Part shown: piece by piece, positions 47,534-56,798 of the stretch | How the letters are laid out: each line of letters opens with the position of its first letter | Position numbering within the stretch: the stretch's first letter is position 1 | Virus record (IMG/VR): IMGVR_UViG_3300025536_000010 | Location: 79,657 to 143,656 of that record | Reading direction: 5' to 3' (one strand) | Origin: a virus | Length of the DNA: 64,000 nt | The notes under the pieces: generated by a model | Told to the model about the DNA's origin: nothing | Database searches by the model: none | The model's input: only the letters and a program-made list of their open reading frames with translations | Position numbers and translations under genes: made by a program

Positions 47534-48478
47534 GTGGTGGCGATGGCCAATCGTAAAGCGGTCGACCTGCTCGTTGGACACATGAGCAAGTCGACCCGCA
47601 CCATGTCTCGCACGTTCCGGGCCTACGAGCCCGATGAGCGTGTCGCCAACTTTAGCCTCTCGTACCTCGACGCTTTCGGCTATCTCAAGAACGAGCTTGA
47701 GAAGTGGAAAGACATCACCCTGGGCGACATCGTCGAAGCGGTGAAAGACTTCCAGGGCATGTTCGGCCTGCGCAAGAGCGGCCAGGTGTGCGTGAAGACC
47801 GTGCGGGCGATGGAGATGCCGCGCTGCGGCTGCCCGGATCACGTCCGCCCGTGGCAGAACTACGCGGCCGTGCGCAACTTCGCCAGGGCCAACCTGGCCA
47901 AGTGGCAGAAAGACAACCTCAAGTACGGTATCCAGGATTACCTGCCGGGGCTCTCAAAACCAGATTTTGAGAGTATCATCTACCAGTCCTTCCAGGCGTG
48001 GTGCCGCTACGGCCACGTCCAGGTCGAGCCGGTGCGGATGAACGAGCGCCCCGACATTATCATCGCAACCGGCCGTGGGCGCCAGTCGAACTTCGACGGC
48101 CCCGGCGGTACGCTGGCGTGGGCTTACTTGCCCAACGGCAACGATCAGCAGCTGACAATGAAGTTCGACCTGGACGAGACGTGGACGCAAGACCCGACCA
48201 TGCGCGGTGTTTTGCTCGACGCCGTCGCCAAGCACGAGTTCGGCCACCTGTTCGGGCTCGACCACAGTCGCGTCCAACAGGCACTCATGGCTGCCTACTA
48301 CAACCCGGCGGTGCGGAACCCTCAGCAGAACGACGACATCCCTCGGTTCCAGGCCCGCTACGGCGTCAAGCAACCCGGCGACGACGGTGGCACGACCCCG
48401 CCTCCGTCTGGCAACAACCGCCGACTCATCCTTGAGGGAGTTTTCAGCGCCACGCTGGACGGTCAGAAGGTGGCGTAA
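47534..48478 (+). CDS. Matrixin (M10/MMP) zinc metalloprotease zymogen
   Basis: Pro-domain AVKDFQGMFGL, cysteine switch PRCGCPD, FDGPGGTLAWAY, HEFGHLFGLDH and ALM Met-turn; AGGAGG RBS. Confidence 0.9.
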   Translation: MVAMANRKAVDLLVGHMSKSTRTMSRTFRAYEPDERVANFSLSYLDAFGYLKNELEKWKDITLGDIVEAVKDFQGMFGLRKSGQVCVKTVRAMEMPRCGCPDHVRPWQNYAAVRNFARANLAKWQKDNLKYGIQDYLPGLSKPDFESIIYQSFQAWCRYGHVQVEPVRMNERPDIIIATGRGRQSNFDGPGGTLAWAYLPNGNDQQLTMKFDLDETWTQDPTMRGVLLDAVAKHEFGHLFGLDHSRVQQALMAAYYNPAVRNPQQNDDIPRFQARYGVKQPGDDGGTTPPPSGNNRRLILEGVFSATLDGQKVA

Positions 48479-48489
48479 GGAGGGCCGGT

Positions 48490-50064
48490 ATGCGGCACCT
48501 CGTTCTCTTCCTGCTGCCGGTGCTAGCCAGCATTGCCCTGCTCGCACCGGCGCAGGAGGTCAGGCCCGTAACGCGCCCTGACCCTCCAGTCGAGAAACAG
48601 CCAGATCCGGCGATCGCGCGTCTCCGCGAAAGCGTCCAACCCGAGTTCCTTGAGTGGAGCCCGGACTACGTCGTGGAGCGCTGCGCCGAGTTCCTGGCCA
48701 CGATCAACGAGAAAGACCGCTACCGCATTCGCCTGTTCAGCTTGGCCGACGTGCCCCGGCAGTACCTGCCGGCGGCCATCGCCGGTCTGTACTTCGGCAC
48801 GAACAAAGTGGCCCGGGTGCCGTTCACCCAGGTTCCACGGCCAGTGCCGAACACGGACAACCGGATCTTCTGGGTTGACCTCTGCTGGTTCAACTGGAGC
48901 TATGAGGCGTGGGAGGCCGCGAGCGAGGAAGACCCGTACTTCCGTGAACCCATCGTCAGCAGTCACAACGAGGGCCTGAAATACCTCAAAGAACAAACGC
49001 GGGCCAACCCAGTCATCCGCGGTGACTGGTTCCTGTGGTACACCTTCGACAACACCGAGTTCCTGAAAGTCGGCGAGACGTTCAACGAGAAAGCGTTCTA
49101 CTACCGCTTCCTCTACGCCAACGTCGAGTTCGAGCGCACGGTCGCCGAGAACGGCAAAACCGTCAAGAAAAAGGTGCGCGGTGTCGGCCCAGCCAACGCC
49201 CACGAGTTCCAGCAGGCATGGCTGGTCGAGTTCAGTCACCTGAAAGACTTTCCGACCGACATGGGTTTCATGGTGGACAAGCGTCGCTCGGGCGTGTCCT
49301 ACGAGAACCGCATCGGTTGGCGGGTCCGCGGCAAGAACGGCAACTACTGGCGCACCTTCGACGTGCTGCGCTCGGTCGGCGACCAGGACTTCGTGGAGAC
49401 GCCCTTCCCGAAGCTGTTCGATGCCGGCGAGCACATCTTCCAGGACGTGCGCGGCAACCAGGTTTACCACCTGACCAACGGGGCTGACAAGTCGACGGAC
49501 ATCGGCGACCCGCGTATCGTCCGTGACCATACCTCGGGCGCCCGCGTGCTGATGACCGCCGGGTCGTGCATCCATTGCCACGATACCGGCATCATCCCGT
49601 TCAAGAACGAACACCTGGTTCTGCAAGACATCGGCGACCAGCTGATGGCTTACGATAAGGCCCGAGCAGATCGCTTCAAACAGTTCTATCTCCAGGACCG
49701 GCGTATGAAGCTGGCCGTGGAGGAGGACCAGCGGAACTTCACGGAGTTCATCAAGGACTGCAACGGGCTGACACCGCAAGAAAACGCCACGCAGTTCAGC
49801 CGTATCCGCGGTTGGTACATGCAGGACGTGACGCTCAAGCAGGCCGCCCGCGAACTGGGTGCGGGGATCGAAGAGTTCTCGGACGCCATTGGTTACCAGG
49901 CGACCAAGGGCCGTCTAGGCCGCCTGGTACTGGACGGGCGGGCAATCCCGCGCTACACCTGGGAGCGCGGCGGCTTCCAGGAGGCCGGGCTGCTCTTGAT
50001 TGAGTGGCGAAAAATGACGAAAATGGAACAAGATAAGCTCAAGGAAGGACGGCGTAACTACTAA
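48490..50064 (+). CDS. Exported c-type haem protein (single CxxCH), Planctomycete-like
   Basis: Signal peptide MRHLVLFLLPVLASIALLAPA; SCIHCH; AAGGAGG RBS. Confidence 0.7.
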   Translation: MRHLVLFLLPVLASIALLAPAQEVRPVTRPDPPVEKQPDPAIARLRESVQPEFLEWSPDYVVERCAEFLATINEKDRYRIRLFSLADVPRQYLPAAIAGLYFGTNKVARVPFTQVPRPVPNTDNRIFWVDLCWFNWSYEAWEAASEEDPYFREPIVSSHNEGLKYLKEQTRANPVIRGDWFLWYTFDNTEFLKVGETFNEKAFYYRFLYANVEFERTVAENGKTVKKKVRGVGPANAHEFQQAWLVEFSHLKDFPTDMGFMVDKRRSGVSYENRIGWRVRGKNGNYWRTFDVLRSVGDQDFVETPFPKLFDAGEHIFQDVRGNQVYHLTNGADKSTDIGDPRIVRDHTSGARVLMTAGSCIHCHDTGIIPFKNEHLVLQDIGDQLMAYDKARADRFKQFYLQDRRMKLAVEEDQRNFTEFIKDCNGLTPQENATQFSRIRGWYMQDVTLKQAARELGAGIEEFSDAIGYQATKGRLGRLVLDGRAIPRYTWERGGFQEAGLLLIEWRKMTKMEQDKLKEGRRNY

Positions 50065-50075
50065 GGAGGTCAGGG

Positions 50076-50828
50076 ATGACCGGAGCGCTCTTTCTGGCCC
50101 TGGCGCTCACGCCGGGTCAACACTGTTACTCGCCTCGGCCGGTGTACGGGTACTACAACAACTACTACCCGCAGACCTACTACCAGCCGGCGCACCAGGC
50201 GTACTACCCGCAACACCAGCCGGTCTACCCGGCCCAGAAAGTTATCGCGCAAGATATTGCCGTGGCCCCGTTAATCGTTACGGTGCCCGTGGACTCGAAA
50301 GCGGTGCCGGTGCATGCGCACGGCTCGCCCTATTACTACTCGGCCAGCGACGCCTACCGCGAGAAGGCGTACCTCCGCGAAGTAATCCGCGAGGAACTGC
50401 GCGCCCTGGCTACCGGCAACGTGCCGCAGCAGAACACGCAGCCCGTACAACGGCAGCCGCAGCAGCAGGCGCAGCCGCCGGTCCAGCAGAACCAACCAGT
50501 CGTTGAACAGCAGCGCCTGGACGACGAGACGCCGATGGAGATCCAGACGCAAGTGCTGGCGGCCTACAACGGTACGGGCAAATGCGTCGAGTGCCACGGT
50601 GGCTCCGAGAAAGCGTCGGGGCGGCGTGGCCGCGAGTTCCGCCTGGTGCTGGACACAGAGAACGGACCACGGTTGGCATACCAACCGCCGGCCAAGCGTT
50701 GGGAGATCTACGGCATGGCCTCGGCCGGTGCAATGCCGCCGGCTGCCGCCAAAGACGCAGCCAAGGCGATGGAGACGAAGTTCCTGTCGATCATGCTCCA
50801 GTACGCCAGCTACAAGCCGCAGCAGTGA
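50076..50828 (+). CDS. Exported monohaem cytochrome c with a Tyr/Gln-rich N-terminus
   Basis: Hydrophobic N-terminus; KCVECHG plus distal GAMPP (candidate Met axial ligand). Confidence 0.7.
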   Translation: MTGALFLALALTPGQHCYSPRPVYGYYNNYYPQTYYQPAHQAYYPQHQPVYPAQKVIAQDIAVAPLIVTVPVDSKAVPVHAHGSPYYYSASDAYREKAYLREVIREELRALATGNVPQQNTQPVQRQPQQQAQPPVQQNQPVVEQQRLDDETPMEIQTQVLAAYNGTGKCVECHGGSEKASGRRGREFRLVLDTENGPRLAYQPPAKRWEIYGMASAGAMPPAAAKDAAKAMETKFLSIMLQYASYKPQQ

Positions 50829-50860
50829 TGGATGCAACTTACCTCGAAAGGAGTCCGGTT

Positions 50861-51538
50861 ATGAGCAAGAAGATTTTCGGACTGGGCCTGCTGATTTTCG
50901 GACTGGCAAGCCTTTGTCTCGTAAGCGACGCGGACGCCCGCGGTGTCCTCAGTCAGAGGAGCCAGCGGACCACGATTACCAGCCGCAGCAACGGTTTCCG
51001 CGACGTGCAGCGGATTCAGACGACCACGCGCAGCGGGTTCCTGGGCCTGAACCGCCGGCAGGAGAGCCTCACGATCATCAACGGCAACCGCGGCTTCCAG
51101 GAGGTACGGTTCCAGGATCGCGGCAGGCTTGGGCGCAACCGCGTCGACGAGATTCGTTTCCAGACCGGCCCGGCCTATGTAAACCAGCAGCTGCTGATCG
51201 ACAACCACGCACGGCAGCGGCTTTTGCTGAATCGGCAGCACAGCTTTACGCACGCCCCCAGGAACAACGTGGCGAACATTCGCTTTATTGACCGGGGGCC
51301 AGTGTACCTGAACGCACCGCCTATTACGCGGGCGGAGATCCGGCAGGAATATGTCTACCGGCAACCAGCACAGGTAATTGAGCGGGTGGAGGTCGCTCCG
51401 CAGACTGCGGCGGACTGTGACTGCGAGCAGGTCGGTAACGCTCAGTACCAGACGGAAGCTATCGTGACGCGGCGCTACACCTACAGCCCGCAGCTGGCGC
51501 TCGAACGACGGCAGTTCATGCAGCACCACTGCCGCTAA
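50861..51538 (+). CDS. Secreted Arg/Gln-rich protein
   Basis: AAGGAG RBS; signal peptide ending in ADA; terminator downstream. Confidence 0.6.
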   Translation: MSKKIFGLGLLIFGLASLCLVSDADARGVLSQRSQRTTITSRSNGFRDVQRIQTTTRSGFLGLNRRQESLTIINGNRGFQEVRFQDRGRLGRNRVDEIRFQTGPAYVNQQLLIDNHARQRLLLNRQHSFTHAPRNNVANIRFIDRGPVYLNAPPITRAEIRQEYVYRQPAQVIERVEVAPQTAADCDCEQVGNAQYQTEAIVTRRYTYSPQLALERRQFMQHHCR

Positions 51539-51573
51539 GCAAAGCGACACACGGACAACCCGGTTAAGGCCCT

Positions 51574-51609
51574 GGGGCGGGCGGGACAACCCGCCTGCCC
51601 CTTTTCTTT
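51574..51609 (+). terminator. Rho-independent terminator closing the protease-cytochrome cassette
   Basis: GGGGCGGGCGGG-acaa-CCCGCCTGCCCC-TTTTCTTT. Confidence 0.75.
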
Positions 51610-51620
51610 GGGAGGCACGG

Positions 51621-51989
51621 ATGCCTAAAGCGATCCCCGTGGTGGACCCCAAGGATCAGGACAAGATCAACGGCTGGGCGGTCGAGTGCCCAGCCTGCGG
51701 GAACTGCCACGTTTTCGATCTGGTACGCTGGAAGTTCAACGGCGACGTCGAGAAGCCGACGTTCGCGCCGTCCATGTTGGTGCAGAGCGGACACTACTCG
51801 AAGTTTCACAAGCCCGGCGAAACGTGCTGGTGTGACTACAACAAAAAGAATCCCGACAACCCGGGTTTCGAGTGCAGCCGCTGCCACAGCTACCTGCGCG
51901 ACGGCGTCTGGGAGTATCTGAACGACTCGACGCACGCGCTGAAAGGACAGAAGGTGCCCGCCCCGGACTGGAACTTGCCCCAACCCTAA
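51621..51989 (+). CDS. Cys/His metal-binding protein, DUF6527-like
   Basis: CPACGNCH...WKFNGDVEKPTFAPS...CHSYLRDG...DSTH. Confidence 0.55.
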   Translation: MPKAIPVVDPKDQDKINGWAVECPACGNCHVFDLVRWKFNGDVEKPTFAPSMLVQSGHYSKFHKPGETCWCDYNKKNPDNPGFECSRCHSYLRDGVWEYLNDSTHALKGQKVPAPDWNLPQP

Positions 51990-52007
51990 AAAGTGGATTT
52001 TGGAACC

Positions 52008-53534
52008 ATGCCGTACAAGTTCCCCGCTTCGGACCTCGATTCCGCCCAAACGCTGCTGGCCTCGGTCGGTGGCTTCTGGAACGGCGTCTACCAGGGTTCC
52101 TTCCTGGTCGAGAGCCTGCTCTACGCCCGCGCCCGGTTAGAGGAACAGACCCACCTCGACTTCCTGGAACTGCTGGCCTCGGTCAGCCGTTTCAAACTGC
52201 CGGTCTTCCATACGGACGTCTGGTACTTGCTGACGCTCAAAGAGAGCGAGCGGAACCAGGCCGAGGCCAACCTGGCTAAGTTCGACGGCACTTACACCTT
52301 CGAGAGCGGTATCGAGTACGACGTGCCGGTGGACACAGAGTTCCACGTTTGGCAACTGCCCGCGGGCTTAGTGAACTTCAACCTGGCGCTCAACCGTATC
52401 ACGGCTTCCAGCGTTAGCCTGGCCAAAGGCGTCGATTACTTCCTCAAAGACGGGGCCGTCTGGTTCCGCCAGAACCCCTTCGAGAACGACTTGGTCGCCA
52501 AGCGCGAGGTCTTCGAGGACGGCGTCATCACCGACCGCGAATGCGGCCTGTGGCTCTATCGCGGGCAGTGGGACTGGGACGCGGTCTACACCCAGTTCTC
52601 CTACGCGCTGGGTATGAAACTCAAGTCCTCCCAGGCTGCCAAGGATCTCGTCAACGCGATCTTCGACGCCCTCACCCTGGGCTGCACCGACCGCTACCTC
52701 AACCGGGCCTTCTCGGCTGTCTGCGGCGTACCCTTGGCCAAGGGCGCGGAGACGGTCGAGCACACCTACACCGACCGCCGCGGCCTTTGGGTCGTAACGG
52801 ACAAAAACGTCTATCGCTTCCACCAGGACGCCAACCTGCTTGTCGACGTCGGCGACGCCCTGGTCGAGGGCCAGGCGCTCACGGACGCCCTCCGCTTTTT
52901 CGAGTTCGGCCGCGGCCAGGTGCCCAGCGAGATCCGGGCGCTGTCGGTCGGCAAGGGTCTGCTAGCCGAAGGCTATTTCCAAGATCTCGTTTTCGAGAAC
53001 AAAGAAGTCTCCACGGAGATCGACGAGGACCAGACCTGGACCCGCCTGACTTTCGAGGTCGGCGGTTTTCCGCTCGACGTGCAAAAGTTCTGGGACGACG
53101 TTCACCGCAAGGGCGTGGAGAGCGGACAGACCCTGGCCATGCTCCTGGACCGGCGGACCAACAAGACGGGCCAGCCCAAGGCGGCAGCGTTACCGCTGAC
53201 GATCAACCCGCTGGGTTTCTTGCTCCAGAACGTGTTCCGCAACAACCTCTTTGTGGTCCTGATCCGAGCCAACTGCCTCGGCCCTGATGCCTTGGGGCTC
53301 CAGCATGCCCGTTTCCTGCGCCGGATTCTGCCGCCGCACACCTGCTGTATCGTGCTGGCGCAGCTAGAAGCGACCGATGAGGTTACTATGGACGGACCAG
53401 GAGATGAAACAACTCCCGGTTACGAGGAAGACCTGGGCGTCTTCCTGGGACTCACCAACACCGAAGAAGTCGAAGGCCCGGACCAGATCGAAGAAGAACT
53501 GCGTGTCTTCCAGATCAACGGCCGCTGCCAATAG
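52008..53534 (+). CDS. Baseplate wedge protein (gp7/gpI-like)
   Basis: Continues the baseplate operon after the cassette; C-terminal RRILPPHT resembles the I-family PxH motif. Confidence 0.55.
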   Translation: MPYKFPASDLDSAQTLLASVGGFWNGVYQGSFLVESLLYARARLEEQTHLDFLELLASVSRFKLPVFHTDVWYLLTLKESERNQAEANLAKFDGTYTFESGIEYDVPVDTEFHVWQLPAGLVNFNLALNRITASSVSLAKGVDYFLKDGAVWFRQNPFENDLVAKREVFEDGVITDRECGLWLYRGQWDWDAVYTQFSYALGMKLKSSQAAKDLVNAIFDALTLGCTDRYLNRAFSAVCGVPLAKGAETVEHTYTDRRGLWVVTDKNVYRFHQDANLLVDVGDALVEGQALTDALRFFEFGRGQVPSEIRALSVGKGLLAEGYFQDLVFENKEVSTEIDEDQTWTRLTFEVGGFPLDVQKFWDDVHRKGVESGQTLAMLLDRRTNKTGQPKAAALPLTINPLGFLLQNVFRNNLFVVLIRANCLGPDALGLQHARFLRRILPPHTCCIVLAQLEATDEVTMDGPGDETTPGYEEDLGVFLGLTNTEEVEGPDQIEEELRVFQINGRCQ

Positions 53535-53547
53535 CGAGGAGGGAGCC

Positions 53548-54207
53548 ATGCTGGAGGTACTGCCGCTGCCCGAAGGCCGTGTCCGTATTCACCGCGTCCA
53601 GGAGTTCACCTTCCGCGACCGGGTACGGAACATGCTCCGGGAGCGCATACCTGACCCGGCCGCGGGTTATCGCCCGCACGGCTGGACCCCGTTGACCGAC
53701 TTCGTGCCCAACGCCATCCTCTACGAGTGGGGAGCCGTCGTCGGCAACCTGCTGGCCAAGAAAGGGCAGCAGTACGGCATCGGCGGCATGTACATCGAGT
53801 TCGAGAACGTCGCCGACCCCGACGACGCCGTGGTAGAGCCGGATTTCTCACGCGACGCCGACCAGGGCATCGACTACTACAACGACCTGGGCGAAAGCCC
53901 TGACCGGGATTACCTGCGGGTGCCCCTGATCGCCGCCTATCTCCAGTCGAGCGACGAGACAAAGTACCCCAAAGGCAACGAGGTCGTTTTCTTCGCTCAG
54001 ACCTCTGGCGTGGAAGGCGTCCACGGCAAGCCGTTCTCCGACGCCGACAACAGCAAAGCATTCGGCGGTGCTCTGGTGGCCTTCGTTGACGAGGCCGATC
54101 ACACGCGCGATTTGGTCCTGAGCCGCTTCTACCTCGACTCAGGGAGTCAGCAGGTGAAGCTGCCCACATCCCAGATAGGTTACGAATGGCGACTCCGTCT
54201 GAAATGA
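53548..54207 (+). CDS. Baseplate / fibre-attachment protein
   Basis: GGAGGGAG RBS; PNAIL near the N-terminus and a C-terminal IGYEWRL. Confidence 0.5.
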   Translation: MLEVLPLPEGRVRIHRVQEFTFRDRVRNMLRERIPDPAAGYRPHGWTPLTDFVPNAILYEWGAVVGNLLAKKGQQYGIGGMYIEFENVADPDDAVVEPDFSRDADQGIDYYNDLGESPDRDYLRVPLIAAYLQSSDETKYPKGNEVVFFAQTSGVEGVHGKPFSDADNSKAFGGALVAFVDEADHTRDLVLSRFYLDSGSQQVKLPTSQIGYEWRLRLK

Positions 54208-54425
54208 ACGACGACCTGCGGCCCGAGTACGACCTGAGCAAACTGATGCGGTTGCCGTCCGAGAAATTCCGCAAAATGCAGCCCAAGGAAGTACCGACCT
54301 GGCACTTCATCAAAACCCTGTTTGACCGGCTGACGCCGGACGAGCGCAGCAAGGTGGTCGGCGACTGGTGCAAAGCCTGCTGGAGGAACCCAGCAGCCGC
54401 CTGCAACTGCACGCGGGACGACTAA
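54204..54425 (+). CDS. Small protein with an antitoxin-like N-terminus (DDLRPEYDLS) and a Cys-rich C-terminus
   Basis: ATGA overlap with the previous stop; C-terminal CKAC...CNC. Confidence 0.4.
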   Translation: MNDDLRPEYDLSKLMRLPSEKFRKMQPKEVPTWHFIKTLFDRLTPDERSKVVGDWCKACWRNPAAACNCTRDD

Positions 54426-54440
54426 CAAGGAGGGGCACGG

Positions 54441-56276
54441 ATGTCCTTTGAACGCTTCCTCACACTGGTACAGGAGAGGGACCGGGTTAAAGCCGGGACG
54501 GTCAACAAACCGCTCCGCACCACGGACCAGAACGTCCGTTACCTGTGGGACGTCCTCCAGGCCGCCGGCATCGGCTCGACCGTCTACCTGCACCGGCAGA
54601 CGGTGGAGCCCGAAGTCCACAAGGGCATGGCTGTCTGGCTCAACCCGGACACCACGCGCTTCGAGCGCTGCCTGGCCTTCGCTGACGTCGACGGCGCCAC
54701 GGGCGTCGTTTACACGGCCAACTCGGCTCAGGTCTGGGGCGTCGTCACGGAGAAGATCAACGCCACGCTGGCCGAGATCCTCTTGTTCGGCGTTGTTGAC
54801 CTGAACCTGTCCGAAGCCGTTGCCGACAGCGACGACCTGGGGCCGGGCGTCTACTACCTCTCGTCCAGCCAGCCCGGCAAGCTGACGCGGCAGAAGCCAC
54901 CTGTCTCGGTGGCCGTGCTGCGCGCCACCACGGACGGCAAGGTGTTCGTGATGCCGCAGTTCGTGGACTTCCTCGACCGGCACACGCACTACCGTTTCAG
55001 CTTGACCTGCGCCCCGGCTGGTGACACGACGCCGCCGGCTCCGGGCGGCACACACGCGATCACCAGCCCCAACGTCCTGACGCAAGGTTGGCTGCCGGCT
55101 GGACACAGCAGCTTCAACGGTAAAGCCCCGCCCGGAGCCGTCTTTGGCTACAACCTGGAAGCACACACGGCCCTCAAGAACCTGTGGCCGCCTCAACCGT
55201 TCAACAACGCCTACCTGGAGTTCGACCGCGGCGAAGACTCGGCCCTGGGCTTCATCGGCGTGCCGCTGGGCAGCAACGGCCTGTGCGTCGCCGACCGTTA
55301 TGGCATCTGGTGGATGTCCAACTGCTACGGGGACGTGCCCTGGCCTACAGCGCTCGACACCGAAACGTCTGACAGCTACTCGGACTCTTCCGATGTGGAG
55401 TGCCCGCGGCATCTCCAGATGGCCATGCAGCTGTGGTTCACCAAGATCAATTTTGCCACCGACTTGACGTCGGTACTGTCGCTGCATTCGGGCGACAACC
55501 GCATCCGAGTCCGCTGCTACGGCAAGCCTGACCAGGTGGCCAGCACCGGGCACCTAGAACTGTTCCTCAACCTGAACCTGGTGGTCAAGGACGACCAGCC
55601 TGGCTACCTGGCTTTCAAAGACTTCGACCCGGAGAAAGCAGAGTTCAAACGCGGCCCGGTGGTGGAAGGCTTCTACAAGCTCTCCAACAACGTCACCCTG
55701 GTCGGCACCAAAGTCGGCGAGCGCGAGATCGGTGACACCACCTACGATCTCTACCAGGGCTTGGTCGGTATCGCTGTGGCCCCGGAAGAGACGCTCGAAC
55801 TGCCGGTGCAGCTGGTACGGCTCAAAGGCGTCGAGGAAGACTTCTTCCAGGATCTGATGTATCTGGCCTTCCGCCCAGCTGTCCAGGAGGAATACCGCGC
55901 CAAGCTCGTCGTGCCGTCGGATCTAGCTATCCCCAACCCGCAGATGAAGATCCGCATGGCGATTATGGGCCGCGCGGCCGGCACGCTGCCGGTCCTCACG
56001 GTAACGGCGCGCCGTGCCGCCAGACCCGAGGACGGCCTGGGTACGCCGCTGTCCCTGCCGCTGACTGGCGCAGAGTTCTCGGTCACCATCGACACCCAGG
56101 GCGTACTGACCCTGGCAAACCAATACGTCGAGGCCGAGAGCGAACCGTTTGACGTCGCGCCAGGGGATACAGTGTTTTTCACCGTCAGGCGCCTGGCCAC
56201 GGACGGCTACGGAGCCGACGTGGGTATCCTGCGGCAGTCGGGCATTTTGCTTTCAGGAGAAGACGATGAGGATTAG
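54441..56276 (+). CDS. Putative tail/baseplate structural protein (611 aa)
   Basis: AAGGAGG RBS; GVYYLSSSQPGKLT motif typical of phage structural proteins. Confidence 0.55.
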   Translation: MSFERFLTLVQERDRVKAGTVNKPLRTTDQNVRYLWDVLQAAGIGSTVYLHRQTVEPEVHKGMAVWLNPDTTRFERCLAFADVDGATGVVYTANSAQVWGVVTEKINATLAEILLFGVVDLNLSEAVADSDDLGPGVYYLSSSQPGKLTRQKPPVSVAVLRATTDGKVFVMPQFVDFLDRHTHYRFSLTCAPAGDTTPPAPGGTHAITSPNVLTQGWLPAGHSSFNGKAPPGAVFGYNLEAHTALKNLWPPQPFNNAYLEFDRGEDSALGFIGVPLGSNGLCVADRYGIWWMSNCYGDVPWPTALDTETSDSYSDSSDVECPRHLQMAMQLWFTKINFATDLTSVLSLHSGDNRIRVRCYGKPDQVASTGHLELFLNLNLVVKDDQPGYLAFKDFDPEKAEFKRGPVVEGFYKLSNNVTLVGTKVGEREIGDTTYDLYQGLVGIAVAPEETLELPVQLVRLKGVEEDFFQDLMYLAFRPAVQEEYRAKLVVPSDLAIPNPQMKIRMAIMGRAAGTLPVLTVTARRAARPEDGLGTPLSLPLTGAEFSVTIDTQGVLTLANQYVEAESEPFDVAPGDTVFFTVRRLATDGYGADVGILRQSGILLSGEDDED

Positions 56277-56396
56277 CAACATCCTGGGGCCAGACGGCAA
56301 ACCGTACGAGGTGCCGGACCCAAAACCTGAGTTCTTGCTGGAGTTCTACGTCTACGAGACAGGGAGCTTCGTTGACCCCTACTTGAGAGTTGCACC

Positions 56397-56798
56397 ATGT
56401 CCTACTGGAACGGTTGGCCCCGAGAATGGGACTACAACGAGAAGCTCATCTGGCGAGCCCTCAGAGCCCTCCAGCGCTTCCCCGACAAGTGGCTAAGCGC
56501 GAGGACCGTTACCGCCCTTATGGACCCGCCCTGCCACCGGAGTCACGGCCGCGGCTTCTGCCGGGCGCTGTACAAGATGGGCTACCTCGACCGCGACGAC
56601 TGCGGCCACTATCGGGTGAACGCGCTCGGCGTACGGCACAGCCGCATGAACGACGAAGTACGCGAGTTGATGCGGCGGCGGGCTTACCGGCCCGTGCCGC
56701 TGCCGGAGGGTCTGGAGCACCTGTTCACGGACGAATCCCAGGCGCTCAGCAAGGCGCGGAAGGAGAGCACGGATGCCTCTCGGGCACTGGAACGTTGA
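56397..56798 (+). CDS. Hypothetical protein, winged-helix-like
   Basis: LSARTVT...CRALYKMGYLDRD...YRVNALG pattern. Confidence 0.4.
   Translation: MSYWNGWPREWDYNEKLIWRALRALQRFPDKWLSARTVTALMDPPCHRSHGRGFCRALYKMGYLDRDDCGHYRVNALGVRHSRMNDEVRELMRRRAYRPVPLPEGLEHLFTDESQALSKARKESTDASRALER

Noticed and set aside
26556..54207. Interpretation as an eCIS, tailocin or T6SS locus in a bacterial chromosome
   Set aside because: Capsid, prohead protease, scaffold and neck genes are present and there are no housekeeping genes; this fits a phage.
56266..56496. Possible 76-aa ORF (MRISNILGPDGKPY...)
   Set aside because: It has an AGGAG upstream but overlaps the 56397 ORF by 100 nt; I could not decide whether it is real.
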